Assembly (NCBI GenBank): GCA_016870395.1
Contig: VGBT01000009.1
Coordinates: forward strand, 15,306 to 79,305
From: Actinomycetota bacterium
GTDB taxonomy: Bacteria > Actinomycetota > Acidimicrobiia > IMCC26256 > JAENVU01
Direction of reading: 5' to 3'
DNA length: 64,000 nt
In this document: in pieces, positions 46,677 to 56,258 of the stretch
Numbering within the stretch: position 1 is the stretch's first letter
How the letters are laid out: each line of letters opens with the position of its first letter
Notes under the pieces: generated by a model
What the model was told of the DNA's origin: nothing
What the model saw: the letters and a program-made list of their open reading frames with translations, nothing else
Databases searched by the model: none
Made by a program: the position numbers and the translations under genes

Positions 46677-46740
46677 CCCAACGAAACAGTCGCGCCTTCT
46701 GCACGCCCCAGCGTGAGATACACGCGACAGTTCTCGGGGG
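46677..46740 (-). repeat. hairpin-forming interspersed element, family 1, copy 3 (reverse orientation)
   Basis: Reverse complement reads CCCCCGAGAACTGTCGCGTGTATCTCACGCTGGGGCGTGCAGAAGGCGCGACTGTTTCGTTGGG; 32 nt downstream of the minus-strand MBL gene stop (46773). Confidence 0.9.
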
Positions 46741-46772
46741 CTGGGAGCACGATGCGGGAGTGGTGCTGGGGG

Positions 46773-47603
46773 TCAGGTGAGGCCGATGGCCTTCAGCATC
46801 GACGGGGGGATGCCGTCGTCGTCCCGCCGCAGCATCTCCGCCTTCTCGATGTTGATCGGGTCGCGTTCGGCCCGCTCGAGCCAGGTGTCCCACGGCCCCG
46901 GCGGGATCCTCCCCTCCACGCAGTGCCGCAAGTACGCCTGCAGCTCGCGCACCTCCGCCGCGCCGCCGATCGGGCCGTGGCCGGGCACGATCACCGACGC
47001 GAGCTCGACGAGCGCGTCGAGCACGTCGGCCCAGGTTTCCAAGTCGCCCTGGAACGCGAGCGGCGTCACCCCGAAGAAGCACAGGTCACCCGAGAAGAGC
47101 ACGTCGGCGTCCTCGACGAGCACCATCAGATCTCCGCCCGTGTGCCCGGTCGCGGGCAGCACCTCCACCCGGGGCGTGAGCTGCGCCGCGTCGTCGACGA
47201 GATGCGAAACGGGTCTCGGCGGCGCGTTCGCAGCGAGGTCGTCGAACCCGTCGGTGAACGCAGGCATGAACGCCTTGTACGCGGCGAGCGGCATCTCCTG
47301 GTCGAGCAGCGCGCCCGTGTACGACGAGGCGAGGATCATCGCGTTGCGGAACGCCGTGGTGCCGCCCACGTGGTCGATGTGCGCATGTGTGAGCACCACC
47401 CGGCGCACCGCCAGCCCGAGCCCGGCCACCGCGGCGGCGAACGGCTCCCACTGCGATCGCACCATCATCGTGTCGACGACCGTCAGCCCGTCGTCGTCGA
47501 CGATCACGCCCGCGTTGCTCACGCCCGACTCTCCACCTGGCTGGAGCCACGCGTACACGCCGTCGCCGACCGGGTGCAGCGTGCACACCGGTGCGTTCGT
47601 CAC
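46773..47603 (-). CDS. MBL-fold metallo-hydrolase
   Basis: LTHAHIDHVGG (HxHxDH), later PATGHTGGD and VPGHGP; GTG 47603 overlaps upstream stop (GTGA). Confidence 0.8.
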   Translation of the reverse strand: MTNAPVCTLHPVGDGVYAWLQPGGESGVSNAGVIVDDDGLTVVDTMMVRSQWEPFAAAVAGLGLAVRRVVLTHAHIDHVGGTTAFRNAMILASSYTGALLDQEMPLAAYKAFMPAFTDGFDDLAANAPPRPVSHLVDDAAQLTPRVEVLPATGHTGGDLMVLVEDADVLFSGDLCFFGVTPLAFQGDLETWADVLDALVELASVIVPGHGPIGGAAEVRELQAYLRHCVEGRIPPGPWDTWLERAERDPINIEKAEMLRRDDDGIPPSMLKAIGLT

Positions 47604-47971
47604 GTGACCGCTCGAGTCATGGCGCTCGGGTCGAGGTACTCGTCGATGCGCGTGATCATGCTGTCGGCGATCTCCATCACGAGGCACGCGGGCATCGCGA
47701 ACGTCCGACCCCCCTTCGTCGTGCCGCGGACCACGTGCTGTTGCAGCACGCCGCCGTCGATCGCGACCCGGCGCTTCACGTCGTAGCGACGGTCCGTGGT
47801 GTGGGTCAGCAGCATGCCGAGCATCTCGATCGCCTCGTCGCGGCCGCGCTCGGTGTCGTCGAAGTTCGTCCACAGCACGACGTCGGGCGCGTACAGGTCC
47901 CGTACCGCGCCGGCGTCGCCCGCCTCGATCGCCGCGACCATCCTTGCCACCACGTCCATGGGAGCCGTCAT
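47600..47971 (-). CDS. SnoaL-like / NTF2-fold protein
   Basis: VVARMVAAIEAGDAGAVRDLYAPDVVLW typical NTF2-like N-terminus; start ATG 47971 or 47959. Confidence 0.7.
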   Translation of the reverse strand: MTAPMDVVARMVAAIEAGDAGAVRDLYAPDVVLWTNFDDTERGRDEAIEMLGMLLTHTTDRRYDVKRRVAIDGGVLQQHVVRGTTKGGRTFAMPACLVMEIADSMITRIDEYLDPSAMTRAVT

Positions 47972-48034
47972 GGCCGCATTGTGCCCGACGGCCCGAGTTG
48001 GGGGCACCTGACGCGCCGGTTTACCCTCTCGCCC

Positions 48035-48973
48035 ATGTCCGAGCGCACGAAGAACATGCCCCGCCGGTCCTGCCACGCCACACCCGGCTCCAACGAGAAG
48101 ATGCTGGGCAAGGCCCCCGCCCTCGGTGCCGACATGGTGTTCCTCGACCTCGAGGACTCCGTGTCGCCGCTCGAGAAGGAGGCCGCCCGCGAGAAGGTCG
48201 TGCGGGCGATCAACGAGCAGGACTGGGGCGAGACCGTGCTGTGCGTCCGGGTCAACGCATGGGACACCGAGTGGACCTACCGCGACGTCGCCTACGTGGT
48301 CGAGAACGCCTCCGAACGTCTCGACGAGCTCATGCTCCCCAAGGTGCAGAGCGCGGCCGAGGTGCAGGCGCTCGACATGCTGCTCACCCAGATCGAAAAG
48401 GTCACCGGCCGGCAGAGCCGCGTCGGCATCGAGGCCCAGATCGAGACGGCCCGCGGGCTCATCAACGTCGAGGAGATCTGCGCGGCGAGCGATCGCCTCG
48501 AGACGATCATCTTCGGCCCGGCCGACTTCGCCGCGTCGACCGAGATGCCCGTGCTCACCGGCGGAGTCGCGATCCCCGACTACCCGGGTGACCACTTCCA
48601 CTACGTGTTCTCGAAGATCCTCATGGCGGGCCGGGCCAACGGTCTGCAGGTGATCGACGGTCCGTTCCTCAAGATCCGAGAGCTCGGCGCGCTGCGCGAG
48701 TACGCGATGCGCACCCGCATCCTGGGCTACGACGGCAAGTGGTCGCTGCATCCCGACCAGGTCACGGTCATCAACGAGGTGTACACGCCGACCCAGGAGC
48801 AGTTCGACCACGCGTTCGATCTCCTCGAGGCCTACGAGAAGGCCACCACCGAGGGCGAACGCCGCGGCGCGGTCATGTTCGGCGACGAGATGATCGACGA
48901 GGCGAGCCGCAAGATGGCGACGAAGTTCGTCACCCGCGGCGAGCGTGCGGGCATGAGCCGTTCGGCGGACTGA
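48035..48973 (+). CDS. HpcH/HpaI-CitE family acyl-CoA lyase (malyl-CoA / citramalyl-CoA lyase-like)
   Basis: ADMVFLDLEDSVSP, WGETVLCVRVNAWDTEWTYRDV, IIFGPADFAAS, DGKWSLHPDQV resemble L-malyl-CoA/beta-methylmalyl-CoA lyase. Confidence 0.85.
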   Translation: MSERTKNMPRRSCHATPGSNEKMLGKAPALGADMVFLDLEDSVSPLEKEAAREKVVRAINEQDWGETVLCVRVNAWDTEWTYRDVAYVVENASERLDELMLPKVQSAAEVQALDMLLTQIEKVTGRQSRVGIEAQIETARGLINVEEICAASDRLETIIFGPADFAASTEMPVLTGGVAIPDYPGDHFHYVFSKILMAGRANGLQVIDGPFLKIRELGALREYAMRTRILGYDGKWSLHPDQVTVINEVYTPTQEQFDHAFDLLEAYEKATTEGERRGAVMFGDEMIDEASRKMATKFVTRGERAGMSRSAD

Positions 48974-49001
48974 GCCCCGCTCGACCGCGCCGGCCGTCTC
49001 C

Positions 49002-49724
49002 TCAACCGGGGCGCTCGTCACCGAGTTGCTCTGCGGCCTCGTCGAGCTCCTCGGCCAGGACGTCGACGGCCACGACCGGCGCGGTGCCGTGCCGGTTCGA
49101 CCAGGCCACCCAAGCGAACACGCCGACGATCGACGCGACGGTCAGCCAGAGCTGGTAGTCGGCGATCCAGTCGAGCGCGTCGAGGAGCGGGCCCCGGAAG
49201 AGATCGGCCACGTAGCGCACGAGCACGAGGCGGATCGCGACGCTGGTCAACGCGACGCCGAGGTACACCGGCATCGGCATCGGCGACGCTCCGGCGAGCA
49301 GCGCGACGAGGTTCCCGGGCATGAGGAACGCGACCGGGTAGCGAGCGCGGTGGAATTGCCGCTCGATCCACAGCAGCGGCCGGGCCGTGTTCGCGGCGCG
49401 GTCCTCGAGCCAGCGGATCGCGCGGTCGCCGTACCAGCGCCCGAGCAGGAAGTACGTGACGAGCACCGCGGCGGCCCGCAGGAGCGGGATCGCGTAGAAC
49501 GAGAGCGCACCGACCTTGGGAGACACGAGCAGCAACCACCGCAGGCGTGGTGCCAGGAGCAGCAGGGTCACGGGTGCGTCGGTGATCAAGCTGGGTGCCA
49601 GCGCGTTGCCGATGTTGGCGGTGACGGCGAACGTCACCATCGGCACGGCGAGGATCGCGAGTCGACGGCGCTGGGTGACGGGCTTGGCCCGCGGCGGTCG
49701 CCGCCCACGCGGCCCGAGCTCCAC
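49002..49724 (-). CDS. integral membrane protein (DedA/VTT-like, tentative)
   Basis: Multiple hydrophobic segments; LLGRWYGDRAIRWLE resembles the DedA motif region; start uncertain. Confidence 0.55.
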   Translation of the reverse strand: MELGPRGRRPPRAKPVTQRRRLAILAVPMVTFAVTANIGNALAPSLITDAPVTLLLLAPRLRWLLLVSPKVGALSFYAIPLLRAAAVLVTYFLLGRWYGDRAIRWLEDRAANTARPLLWIERQFHRARYPVAFLMPGNLVALLAGASPMPMPVYLGVALTSVAIRLVLVRYVADLFRGPLLDALDWIADYQLWLTVASIVGVFAWVAWSNRHGTAPVVAVDVLAEELDEAAEQLGDERPG

Positions 49725-49771
49725 TGTGACAGCCTCGCACCTGCGCGCCGGTCAACGTGGCGCGATCGGGC

Positions 49772-51391
49772 TCAGCCCGCGAGGGCCTGCTCGGTGAGCC
49801 GCCGGGCGATGACCCGCAAGCAGAGGGTCTCGTCGGCGCCCTCGAAGATCGAGAGCACCCGGGCGTCCACGAAGTATCGCGACACCGGGAACTCCTCGGC
49901 GTATCCCATGCCGCCGTGGATCTGCATGGCCTCGCGCGTGACCCACTCGGCGGCACGACAGACGTACGCCTTCACCATCGATGCCTCGAGGGCGCCCTCG
50001 CCGCGAGCCATCTTGCGGGCCACGTCGTACGAGAACTGGCGCCCGGCACAGATGAGCGCTGCCATCCGCGCGAGCTTTACCTTGGTGAGCTGGTAGGCGA
50101 AAACGGGCTCGCCGAAGACGACCCGCTCCCGTGCATACTGGAAACCGGCCTCGAAGGCGGCCTGCATCACGCCGATTGCCCGGGAGGCGGTCTGGAGGCG
50201 CCCGTTCTCGAAGCCCTCCATCTGGAGGTAAAAGCCCTTCCCGAGGCCGCCGTCGAGGCCGATGAGGTTCTCGGCCGGGACGAACCAGTCGTCGAAGGCG
50301 ACCTCGTAGGAGTGCATGCCCCGGTAGCCGAGCGTGTCGATCGCGCGGCCCTCCATCTTCCCGCCGCGATCGTCCTCGAACGCGAAGTGGTGCCCGGCCG
50401 CGGGTTCCTTGTTAACGACGAACACCGACAGGCCCCGGTGGCCGAGCGAGCGGTCGGGGTCGGTGCGGGCGAGCACCATGAGCGTGTCGGCCCGCCCGGC
50501 GAAGGTGCACCAGGTCTTCACGCCGTTGAGCAACCACCCGCCGTCGGTCGGGGTCGCCACCACCTTGATGCCCGCCACGTCGGAGCCGTAGTCGGGCTCG
50601 GTGACCATGACGCCCACGACGCGCTCGCCGGTCGCGATCCGCGGCAGCCACGCGTGCTTCTGCTCCTCGGTCCCGCCCTTGACGATCGCCCTGGTGAGGA
50701 TCTCGGGCCGCGTGATGAGCGCGCCGCCGGCGCCGAGCGAGCCCCACGACAGCTCCTCGGTCGCGACGCACATCGCGAGGTAGTCGGAGTCGCCGCCGGC
50801 CGCGAAGCCGCCGTAGGCCTCGGGGACGGACAGGCCGAAGCCGCCGATCTCGGCCATGCCCGAGATGATGTCCTCCGGGATGTCGCCGTTCGAGCGGTGG
50901 ATGTGCTCGGCGACGGGACGGATCTTGTCCTGCGCGAACCGGTGAAACGTGTCGCGGACCATGTCGAACTCGTCGTCGAGGTGCGCGGGTCCCGTTCCGG
51001 TGCGGCCCAGCCCGTCGGCGACGGTGCACAGCAGCTCGGGCGCCCGGTAGGTGCTCATGAAGTCGTGGGCGCTCGAGAGCATCGCCGGCTCGACGCCCCA
51101 GACGCGGTCGCGGCCGACGATGCGGCCGACGATGTCGGCGATCGCGTCGGCGACGTAGACGTAGGCGAGGCGCTGCTCGTCCTCGCCGTGCTCGGCGTAC
51201 CCAAGCATCACGCGGCACCCTTCGACCGCCGCGGCGGCGTGGGCGAGGTCGTACGCGACGACCTGGTGCCGGTCGAGCGCGGCCACGGAGACGCGGCCGT
51301 CCTTGCTAGAGCGCTCGGCGAGCGTGCAGACGGCGGCGGTGACGAGCGCGCCAGCCGCGTCGACGGCGGCGGCAGCGGGGGCGTCGGTCAT
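49772..51391 (-). CDS. acyl-CoA dehydrogenase with long N-terminal extension
   Basis: C-terminal ~390 aa is ACAD-like (GFGLSVPEAYGG, VTEPDYGSDVAG, IHGGMGYAEEFPVSRYFVDARVLSIFEGA). Confidence 0.85.
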   Translation of the reverse strand: MTDAPAAAAVDAAGALVTAAVCTLAERSSKDGRVSVAALDRHQVVAYDLAHAAAAVEGCRVMLGYAEHGEDEQRLAYVYVADAIADIVGRIVGRDRVWGVEPAMLSSAHDFMSTYRAPELLCTVADGLGRTGTGPAHLDDEFDMVRDTFHRFAQDKIRPVAEHIHRSNGDIPEDIISGMAEIGGFGLSVPEAYGGFAAGGDSDYLAMCVATEELSWGSLGAGGALITRPEILTRAIVKGGTEEQKHAWLPRIATGERVVGVMVTEPDYGSDVAGIKVVATPTDGGWLLNGVKTWCTFAGRADTLMVLARTDPDRSLGHRGLSVFVVNKEPAAGHHFAFEDDRGGKMEGRAIDTLGYRGMHSYEVAFDDWFVPAENLIGLDGGLGKGFYLQMEGFENGRLQTASRAIGVMQAAFEAGFQYARERVVFGEPVFAYQLTKVKLARMAALICAGRQFSYDVARKMARGEGALEASMVKAYVCRAAEWVTREAMQIHGGMGYAEEFPVSRYFVDARVLSIFEGADETLCLRVIARRLTEQALAG

Positions 51392-51437
51392 GGGCGCCGA
51401 GCCTACCGACGGGTCTCCGGCCGGGACCTACCCGCGA

Positions 51438-52520
51438 CTACGGGCCGGGTGGCAGCGCGGTGGTGGTCGGCGGAGTCGTCGTGGAGGTGGCCGGCGGGGC
51501 GGTGGTGGTCGTGGTGGCAGCGCTCGTGACGGTGGTCGCGCTCGAACCCGGTGTGGTGCCCGTCGCGCCGCTGCCCGAGGAGCTCCCCGTCGACCTGTAG
51601 GTGCCGGTGACCTGGGTCGACCCCTCCGTCTCGACGACTTCTTGGGGTCGAGTGGGGTCGGCCTGCTCCGAGATCCGCCAGTCGACGTCGAGGAGCGTGA
51701 AGACGAGGCGGGCGAGCAGGTCGGCGCCCTCGGTGCTGAGATGCACGCCGTCGTCGGCTCGCATCGTGACGAGCTTGCCGGTCTCGTCGGGTAGGCGCGA
51801 CGAGTACTCACCGGTGTCGCCGTCGAACAGGTCGTGGGCGTCGAGATAGGTGACGTTGTCGAATCGAGCCGCCGCGCGGCGCTGGATCTCATTGACCTCC
51901 TGAACGCTTTCCTCGAGATCGTCCTCGCGCATCACCGGCGCGTTGACCCAGTAGACCGGGCGACCGCCGGCCGCGAGAAGATGCATCATCTCCATCGTCA
52001 GGCGCTCGTAGGTGACCGGGTCGTCCTCGGCGTCGAAGTTCGCGTCGTTGGTGCCGATGATGAAGACCGCGGCTTCGGGCTCGAGCTCGGCCATCTGCTC
52101 GGTCGCGTGCTCGGGCCAGTCGAAGAACGACGCGGTCGCCAGCCCGCTCGAGACCCGGGAGTCGTACTGCGGGGCGACGACGCCGGTTGCCGCGGTCATC
52201 GCGCCGAGCGCCGGTCCGAGCGATCCGGCGAGCGAGTCACCGCCGATCCAGAGCTTGAGCGGCTCGTCGGGGGTGAGCGCCCGGTGCTTCGCGACAGCGC
52301 GGGTGGTGGAGGAGCTCGACGACAGGGCGGGCTCCGCGCTGCTCGCCGCCTTCGCCCTCTCGGACTTCGACAGCGAAACGAGTCCGGTGGTCGTCACCGC
52401 CGCGCCGAAGAGGACGAGCGCGGTCACCAGGACGCCGAGGACCCGCTGGCGCGCGCGGCGACGGCGCCGGCGTTGCGCCCGGTGAAGTGCCGGGATGATG
52501 TCTTGCTCGGCATCGCCCAT
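51438..52520 (-). CDS. membrane-anchored SGNH/GDSL-like hydrolase (DUF459-like) with Thr/Ser/Pro-rich tail
   Basis: TM after Arg-rich N-terminus; LWIGGDSLAGSLG (GDS), VFIIGTNDAN; the track ORF extending to 53975 is an artefact. Confidence 0.75.
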   Translation of the reverse strand: MGDAEQDIIPALHRAQRRRRRRARQRVLGVLVTALVLFGAAVTTTGLVSLSKSERAKAASSAEPALSSSSSTTRAVAKHRALTPDEPLKLWIGGDSLAGSLGPALGAMTAATGVVAPQYDSRVSSGLATASFFDWPEHATEQMAELEPEAAVFIIGTNDANFDAEDDPVTYERLTMEMMHLLAAGGRPVYWVNAPVMREDDLEESVQEVNEIQRRAAARFDNVTYLDAHDLFDGDTGEYSSRLPDETGKLVTMRADDGVHLSTEGADLLARLVFTLLDVDWRISEQADPTRPQEVVETEGSTQVTGTYRSTGSSSGSGATGTTPGSSATTVTSAATTTTTAPPATSTTTPPTTTALPPGP

Positions 52521-52636
52521 GCGGAGGGGGTACCTCTGAGGTCGCGACGGAGCACCCATCGTACCGGTTGGGTTGCCGGGCGTTGCGGTCGCCGCCCGAA
52601 TGCTCGGGGTTCCCGGCCGAACGGCGGACGTGCTGC

Positions 52637-54517
52637 TCAGGCGGTCTCGAGGGGCGTGCGATCGAGCTGGGTCCGGTACAGGTCGGCGTAGAGCCCACCC
52701 CGCCGCATCAGGTCCTCGTGGGTTCCCTGCTCCACGACGCGGCCCTCGTCGAGCACCACGATTCGGTCGGCGTTGACGACCGTCGAGAGGCGATGCGCGA
52801 TGACGAGCGCGGTGCGACCGGTAAGGGCCTCGTCGAGCGCGCGCTGGATCGCCTGCTCGGACTCGGAATCGAGATGCGACGTCGCCTCGTCGAGAATCAC
52901 GATTGCGGGCGCCTTTAGCAGCACGCGGGCGATGGCGAGTCGTTGCTTCTCGCCGCCGGAGATCCGGTAACCCCGCTCGCCCACGACAGTGTCGAAGCCC
53001 TCCGGCAGGCTCTCGATGAGCTCGTGGATTCGCGCGGCGCGACACGCGGCGACGAGCTCGTCGTCGGTCGCGTCCGGCTTCGCGTAGCGGAGGTTCTCCC
53101 GGATCGTGTCGTGGAAGAGATGCGGGTCCTGCATCACGACCCCGACGGTGTCGCGCAGCGAGTGCAAGGTGAGGTCGCGCACGTCGTGCCCGTCGACGCG
53201 CACCGTGCCCTCGGTGACGTCGGCGATGCGCGGGACGAGCATCGCGGTGGTGGTCTTGCCCGCCCCGGACGGGCCCACAAGGGCGACCACCTCGCCTGGC
53301 TCGACGGTGATGCTCACGTCCCGGAGGATCAGGGCGTTCTCCTCGGGCGCGGTGGGCATGCCCTCCTCGAGCGAGGGCAGCGAGGTGAGCTCGGCCGGCG
53401 GGTGACGGAACCAGACGTGGTCGATCTCGATTCGCCCGCGGGGCTCGACCAGGTCGACGGCGCCCGGCCGCTCGGTGAGCAGCGACGGGAAGTCGAGCAC
53501 TTCGAACACGCGCTCGAAGCTCACGAGCGCGGTCATGACGTCGACCCTGGCGTTCGTGAGCTGGGTGAGCGGCTGGTAGATCTGCCCGACGTAGATCACC
53601 ATCGCGGTGAGCGTGCCGATGGAGATGACGGCGTCGATCACCATGCGCCCGCCGACGTAGTACACGACCGCGGTGCCGACCGCCGAGACGAGCCCGAGTG
53701 CCGCGAACAGGACTCGCGAGTACATCGCCGAGGTGACGCCGATGTCGCGAACCCGCGCCGCTCGCGAGCCGAAAGCGTCGCGCTCCCGGTCGTGGTTCCC
53801 GAAGAGCTTCACGACGAGCGCACCTGCGACGTTGAAACGCTCGGCGATCGTGTTGTTCATCGACGCGTTGAGCTGGAAGCCCTCGCGGGTGACGACCTGC
53901 AGCTTCCGTCCGACATGCCTCGCCGGGATGATGAACGCGGGCAGCACCAGCAGCGTCAGGATCGTGAGGCGCCACTCGAGCCCGAGCATGACCGTCAGGG
54001 TGATCGCCAGGGTGATGACGTTCGAGATGACGGTCCCGATCGTGTTGGTGACGGCCTGTTGCGCGCCGATCACGTCGTTGTTGAGCCGGCTCATGAGCGA
54101 GCCGGTCTGGGTGTGGGTGAAGAACGAGACCGGCAGGCGCTGCACGTGGTCGAAGAGCGCGACCCGCATGTCGTAGATCAGGCCCTCGCCGACCTTTGCC
54201 GCGTACCAGCGCTGCAGGAGGTTCAACGCCGCAGAGGCGAGTGCCACCCCGACCGCCCCCGCGGCGAGCACGAGGACGAGCTTCTCGTCCGCCTGCGGGA
54301 CTGCGTCGTCGAGGAGCGCCCGGAACAGGAGGGCCGGGATCACCCCCAGTCCGGCGGCCGCGATGACGGTGACGACGAAGCCGATCAGCGCCGCCCGGTA
54401 CGGCCGGGTCAGGCCGAGCACGCGCTGGAGCAGCTCTCGTTCCACCTTCTTGTTCCGCACCGAGTCGTCGCGGCGGAAACCCATGATTGTTTGGTGCATC
54501 TGCATCTCGGGGGCCAA
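52637..54517 (-). CDS. ABC transporter, fused permease/ATP-binding exporter (MsbA-like)
   Basis: Six-TM N-terminal half; GPSGAGKTT Walker A, ISGGEKQRLAIAR signature, ILDEATS Walker B. Confidence 0.9.
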   Translation of the reverse strand: MAPEMQMHQTIMGFRRDDSVRNKKVERELLQRVLGLTRPYRAALIGFVVTVIAAAGLGVIPALLFRALLDDAVPQADEKLVLVLAAGAVGVALASAALNLLQRWYAAKVGEGLIYDMRVALFDHVQRLPVSFFTHTQTGSLMSRLNNDVIGAQQAVTNTIGTVISNVITLAITLTVMLGLEWRLTILTLLVLPAFIIPARHVGRKLQVVTREGFQLNASMNNTIAERFNVAGALVVKLFGNHDRERDAFGSRAARVRDIGVTSAMYSRVLFAALGLVSAVGTAVVYYVGGRMVIDAVISIGTLTAMVIYVGQIYQPLTQLTNARVDVMTALVSFERVFEVLDFPSLLTERPGAVDLVEPRGRIEIDHVWFRHPPAELTSLPSLEEGMPTAPEENALILRDVSITVEPGEVVALVGPSGAGKTTTAMLVPRIADVTEGTVRVDGHDVRDLTLHSLRDTVGVVMQDPHLFHDTIRENLRYAKPDATDDELVAACRAARIHELIESLPEGFDTVVGERGYRISGGEKQRLAIARVLLKAPAIVILDEATSHLDSESEQAIQRALDEALTGRTALVIAHRLSTVVNADRIVVLDEGRVVEQGTHEDLMRRGGLYADLYRTQLDRTPLETA

Positions 54518-54564
54518 CCTACCGGGCCGAGGACCTGTTCCCCTCCGCCGCTACCGTGTCGCCC

Positions 54565-55725
54565 ATGACCGACACGATCGATGCCGAGGTCCGCGACGAG
54601 CTGCGAGCCACCGTCCGGCGTTGGGTGCAGCGTGAGGTGCTCCCCGTTGCCAGCGACCTCGAGCACGCCGACGAGTACCCAGCCGCGATCGTCGAGGACA
54701 TGAAGTCCATGGGCCTGTTCGGGATCACGATCCCCGAGGCGCACGGTGGCCTCGGCCTCGACCTCCTCGCGTACATCGCGGTCGTGGAGGAGCTCGCCGC
54801 CGGGTGGATGAGCCTCTCGGGGATCGTCAACACGCACACGATCGCCGCGAGCCTCCTGATGCGCCAGGGGACCGACGGGCAGCAGGCGCGCTGGCTCCCC
54901 AGGCTCGCGAGTGGCGAGCTCCGTGGCTGCCTGTCGTTGTCGGAGTCCGACGCAGGCAGCGACACCCGCAACATCTCGTGCCGCGCCGTACGCGACGGCG
55001 ACGAGTACGTGATCTCCGGCACGAAGATGTGGGTGACCAACGGTGAGCGGGCGGGGATCGTCGCGCTCGCGGCGCGCACCGACGAGGGCATCACCTGCTT
55101 CATCGTCGAGAAGGAGCCCGGGCCGGCCTTCGAGGGCATCACCGTCTCGAAGGACATCCCGAAGCTCGGCTACAAGGGCCTCGAGACCGTCGAGATGGTC
55201 TATGACGGGCACCGAGTCGGCGCCGACTGCGTGCTCGGTGGCGACGCCGGGCTCGGTCACGGGCTCGGCTACATCCTGGGCGCGCTCGAGGTGGGTCGCA
55301 TCAACATCGCGGCGCGTGCGGTCGGGGTGGCCCGGGCGGCGTTCGAGGCCGCGATCGGCTACGCGCAGGAGCGGCGGACGATGGGAAAGCCGATCTCAGA
55401 GCACCAGGCGATCCAGCAGAAGCTCGCCGACATGGGTACCAAGCTGCAGGCGGCCCGCTTGCTCACCGAGCACGCCGCGGTCCTCAAGCAGTCGGGTGAG
55501 CGCGCCGACGTCGAGGCCGGCATGGCCAAGCTCTTCGCCAGCGAGGCCGCGTTCGAGATCGCCACGGAGAGCCTCCGCATCCACGGCGGCGTCGGCTACA
55601 CGACCGAGCTCCCCGTCGAGCGCTACTACCGCGACGCGCCGCTCATGATCATCGGCGAGGGTACCAACGAGATCCAGCGCCTCGTGATCGCGCGGGGCCT
55701 CCTGAAGCGTTACGCCATCTCCTGA
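54565..55725 (+). CDS. acyl-CoA dehydrogenase
   Basis: MGLFGITIPEAHGG, LSESDAGSD, IHGGVGYTTELPVERYYRDAPLMIIGEGTNEIQ. Confidence 0.9.
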   Translation: MTDTIDAEVRDELRATVRRWVQREVLPVASDLEHADEYPAAIVEDMKSMGLFGITIPEAHGGLGLDLLAYIAVVEELAAGWMSLSGIVNTHTIAASLLMRQGTDGQQARWLPRLASGELRGCLSLSESDAGSDTRNISCRAVRDGDEYVISGTKMWVTNGERAGIVALAARTDEGITCFIVEKEPGPAFEGITVSKDIPKLGYKGLETVEMVYDGHRVGADCVLGGDAGLGHGLGYILGALEVGRINIAARAVGVARAAFEAAIGYAQERRTMGKPISEHQAIQQKLADMGTKLQAARLLTEHAAVLKQSGERADVEAGMAKLFASEAAFEIATESLRIHGGVGYTTELPVERYYRDAPLMIIGEGTNEIQRLVIARGLLKRYAIS

Positions 55726-55802
55726 GCCTCCTCGGTAGGGATGCCCGGGATTCGAGCCGGCAGCCCGTGCTATCAGACGATCCGCCGTCATCGGGAGGTG
55801 CC

Positions 55803-56144
55803 ATGCGCTCGCTCGTCAGCTCGTTGATCGTAGGGTTGTTTCTGCTCGCGGCGTGCAGCAGCAGCGACGGCTCCGACGCGGAGACCCAGAAGTACGTCGA
55901 CGCGATGATGGTGTCGGTCGACACCTCGGATTTCCCGTTCACCCGAACCGAGGCTCGGTGTCTCGCGGAGCAGATGGTCGACACCGTCGGCGTCGACACG
56001 CTCGAAGAGGCCGGCATCACGCCCGAGGACATCGAGAACGACGACTCGGAGCTCTCTGATCTCGACCTGTCCCGCGACGAGGCCGCCGAGTTGGCCGACG
56101 TCATCTTCGACGGCGACTGCATCAACCCCTCCGACCTGGGCTGA
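55803..56144 (+). CDS. small acidic lipoprotein of unknown function
   Basis: GGGAGG RBS, lipobox LLAAC, acidic mature part. Confidence 0.6.
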   Translation: MRSLVSSLIVGLFLLAACSSSDGSDAETQKYVDAMMVSVDTSDFPFTRTEARCLAEQMVDTVGVDTLEEAGITPEDIENDDSELSDLDLSRDEAAELADVIFDGDCINPSDLG

Positions 56145-56258
56145 GCCCGATTTCCGGGCGCCGACCCGACCCGGCCACAATGACGCCATGACGGCGACTT
56201 GGATTGCATGCTCGCCGGCCGCCTCGGCGTTCGCGGAGCTGGTCGGGGGCCAGCGATC

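Larger units (their letters stand above)
45655..46740. mobile_element. candidate non-autonomous cassette: one AbiEi/DUF559 gene bracketed by inverted copies of the family-1 element
   Basis: Copies 2 (+) and 3 (-) are inverted ~1.0 kb apart and enclose exactly one gene; no transposase and no target-site duplication recognised. Confidence 0.3.
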
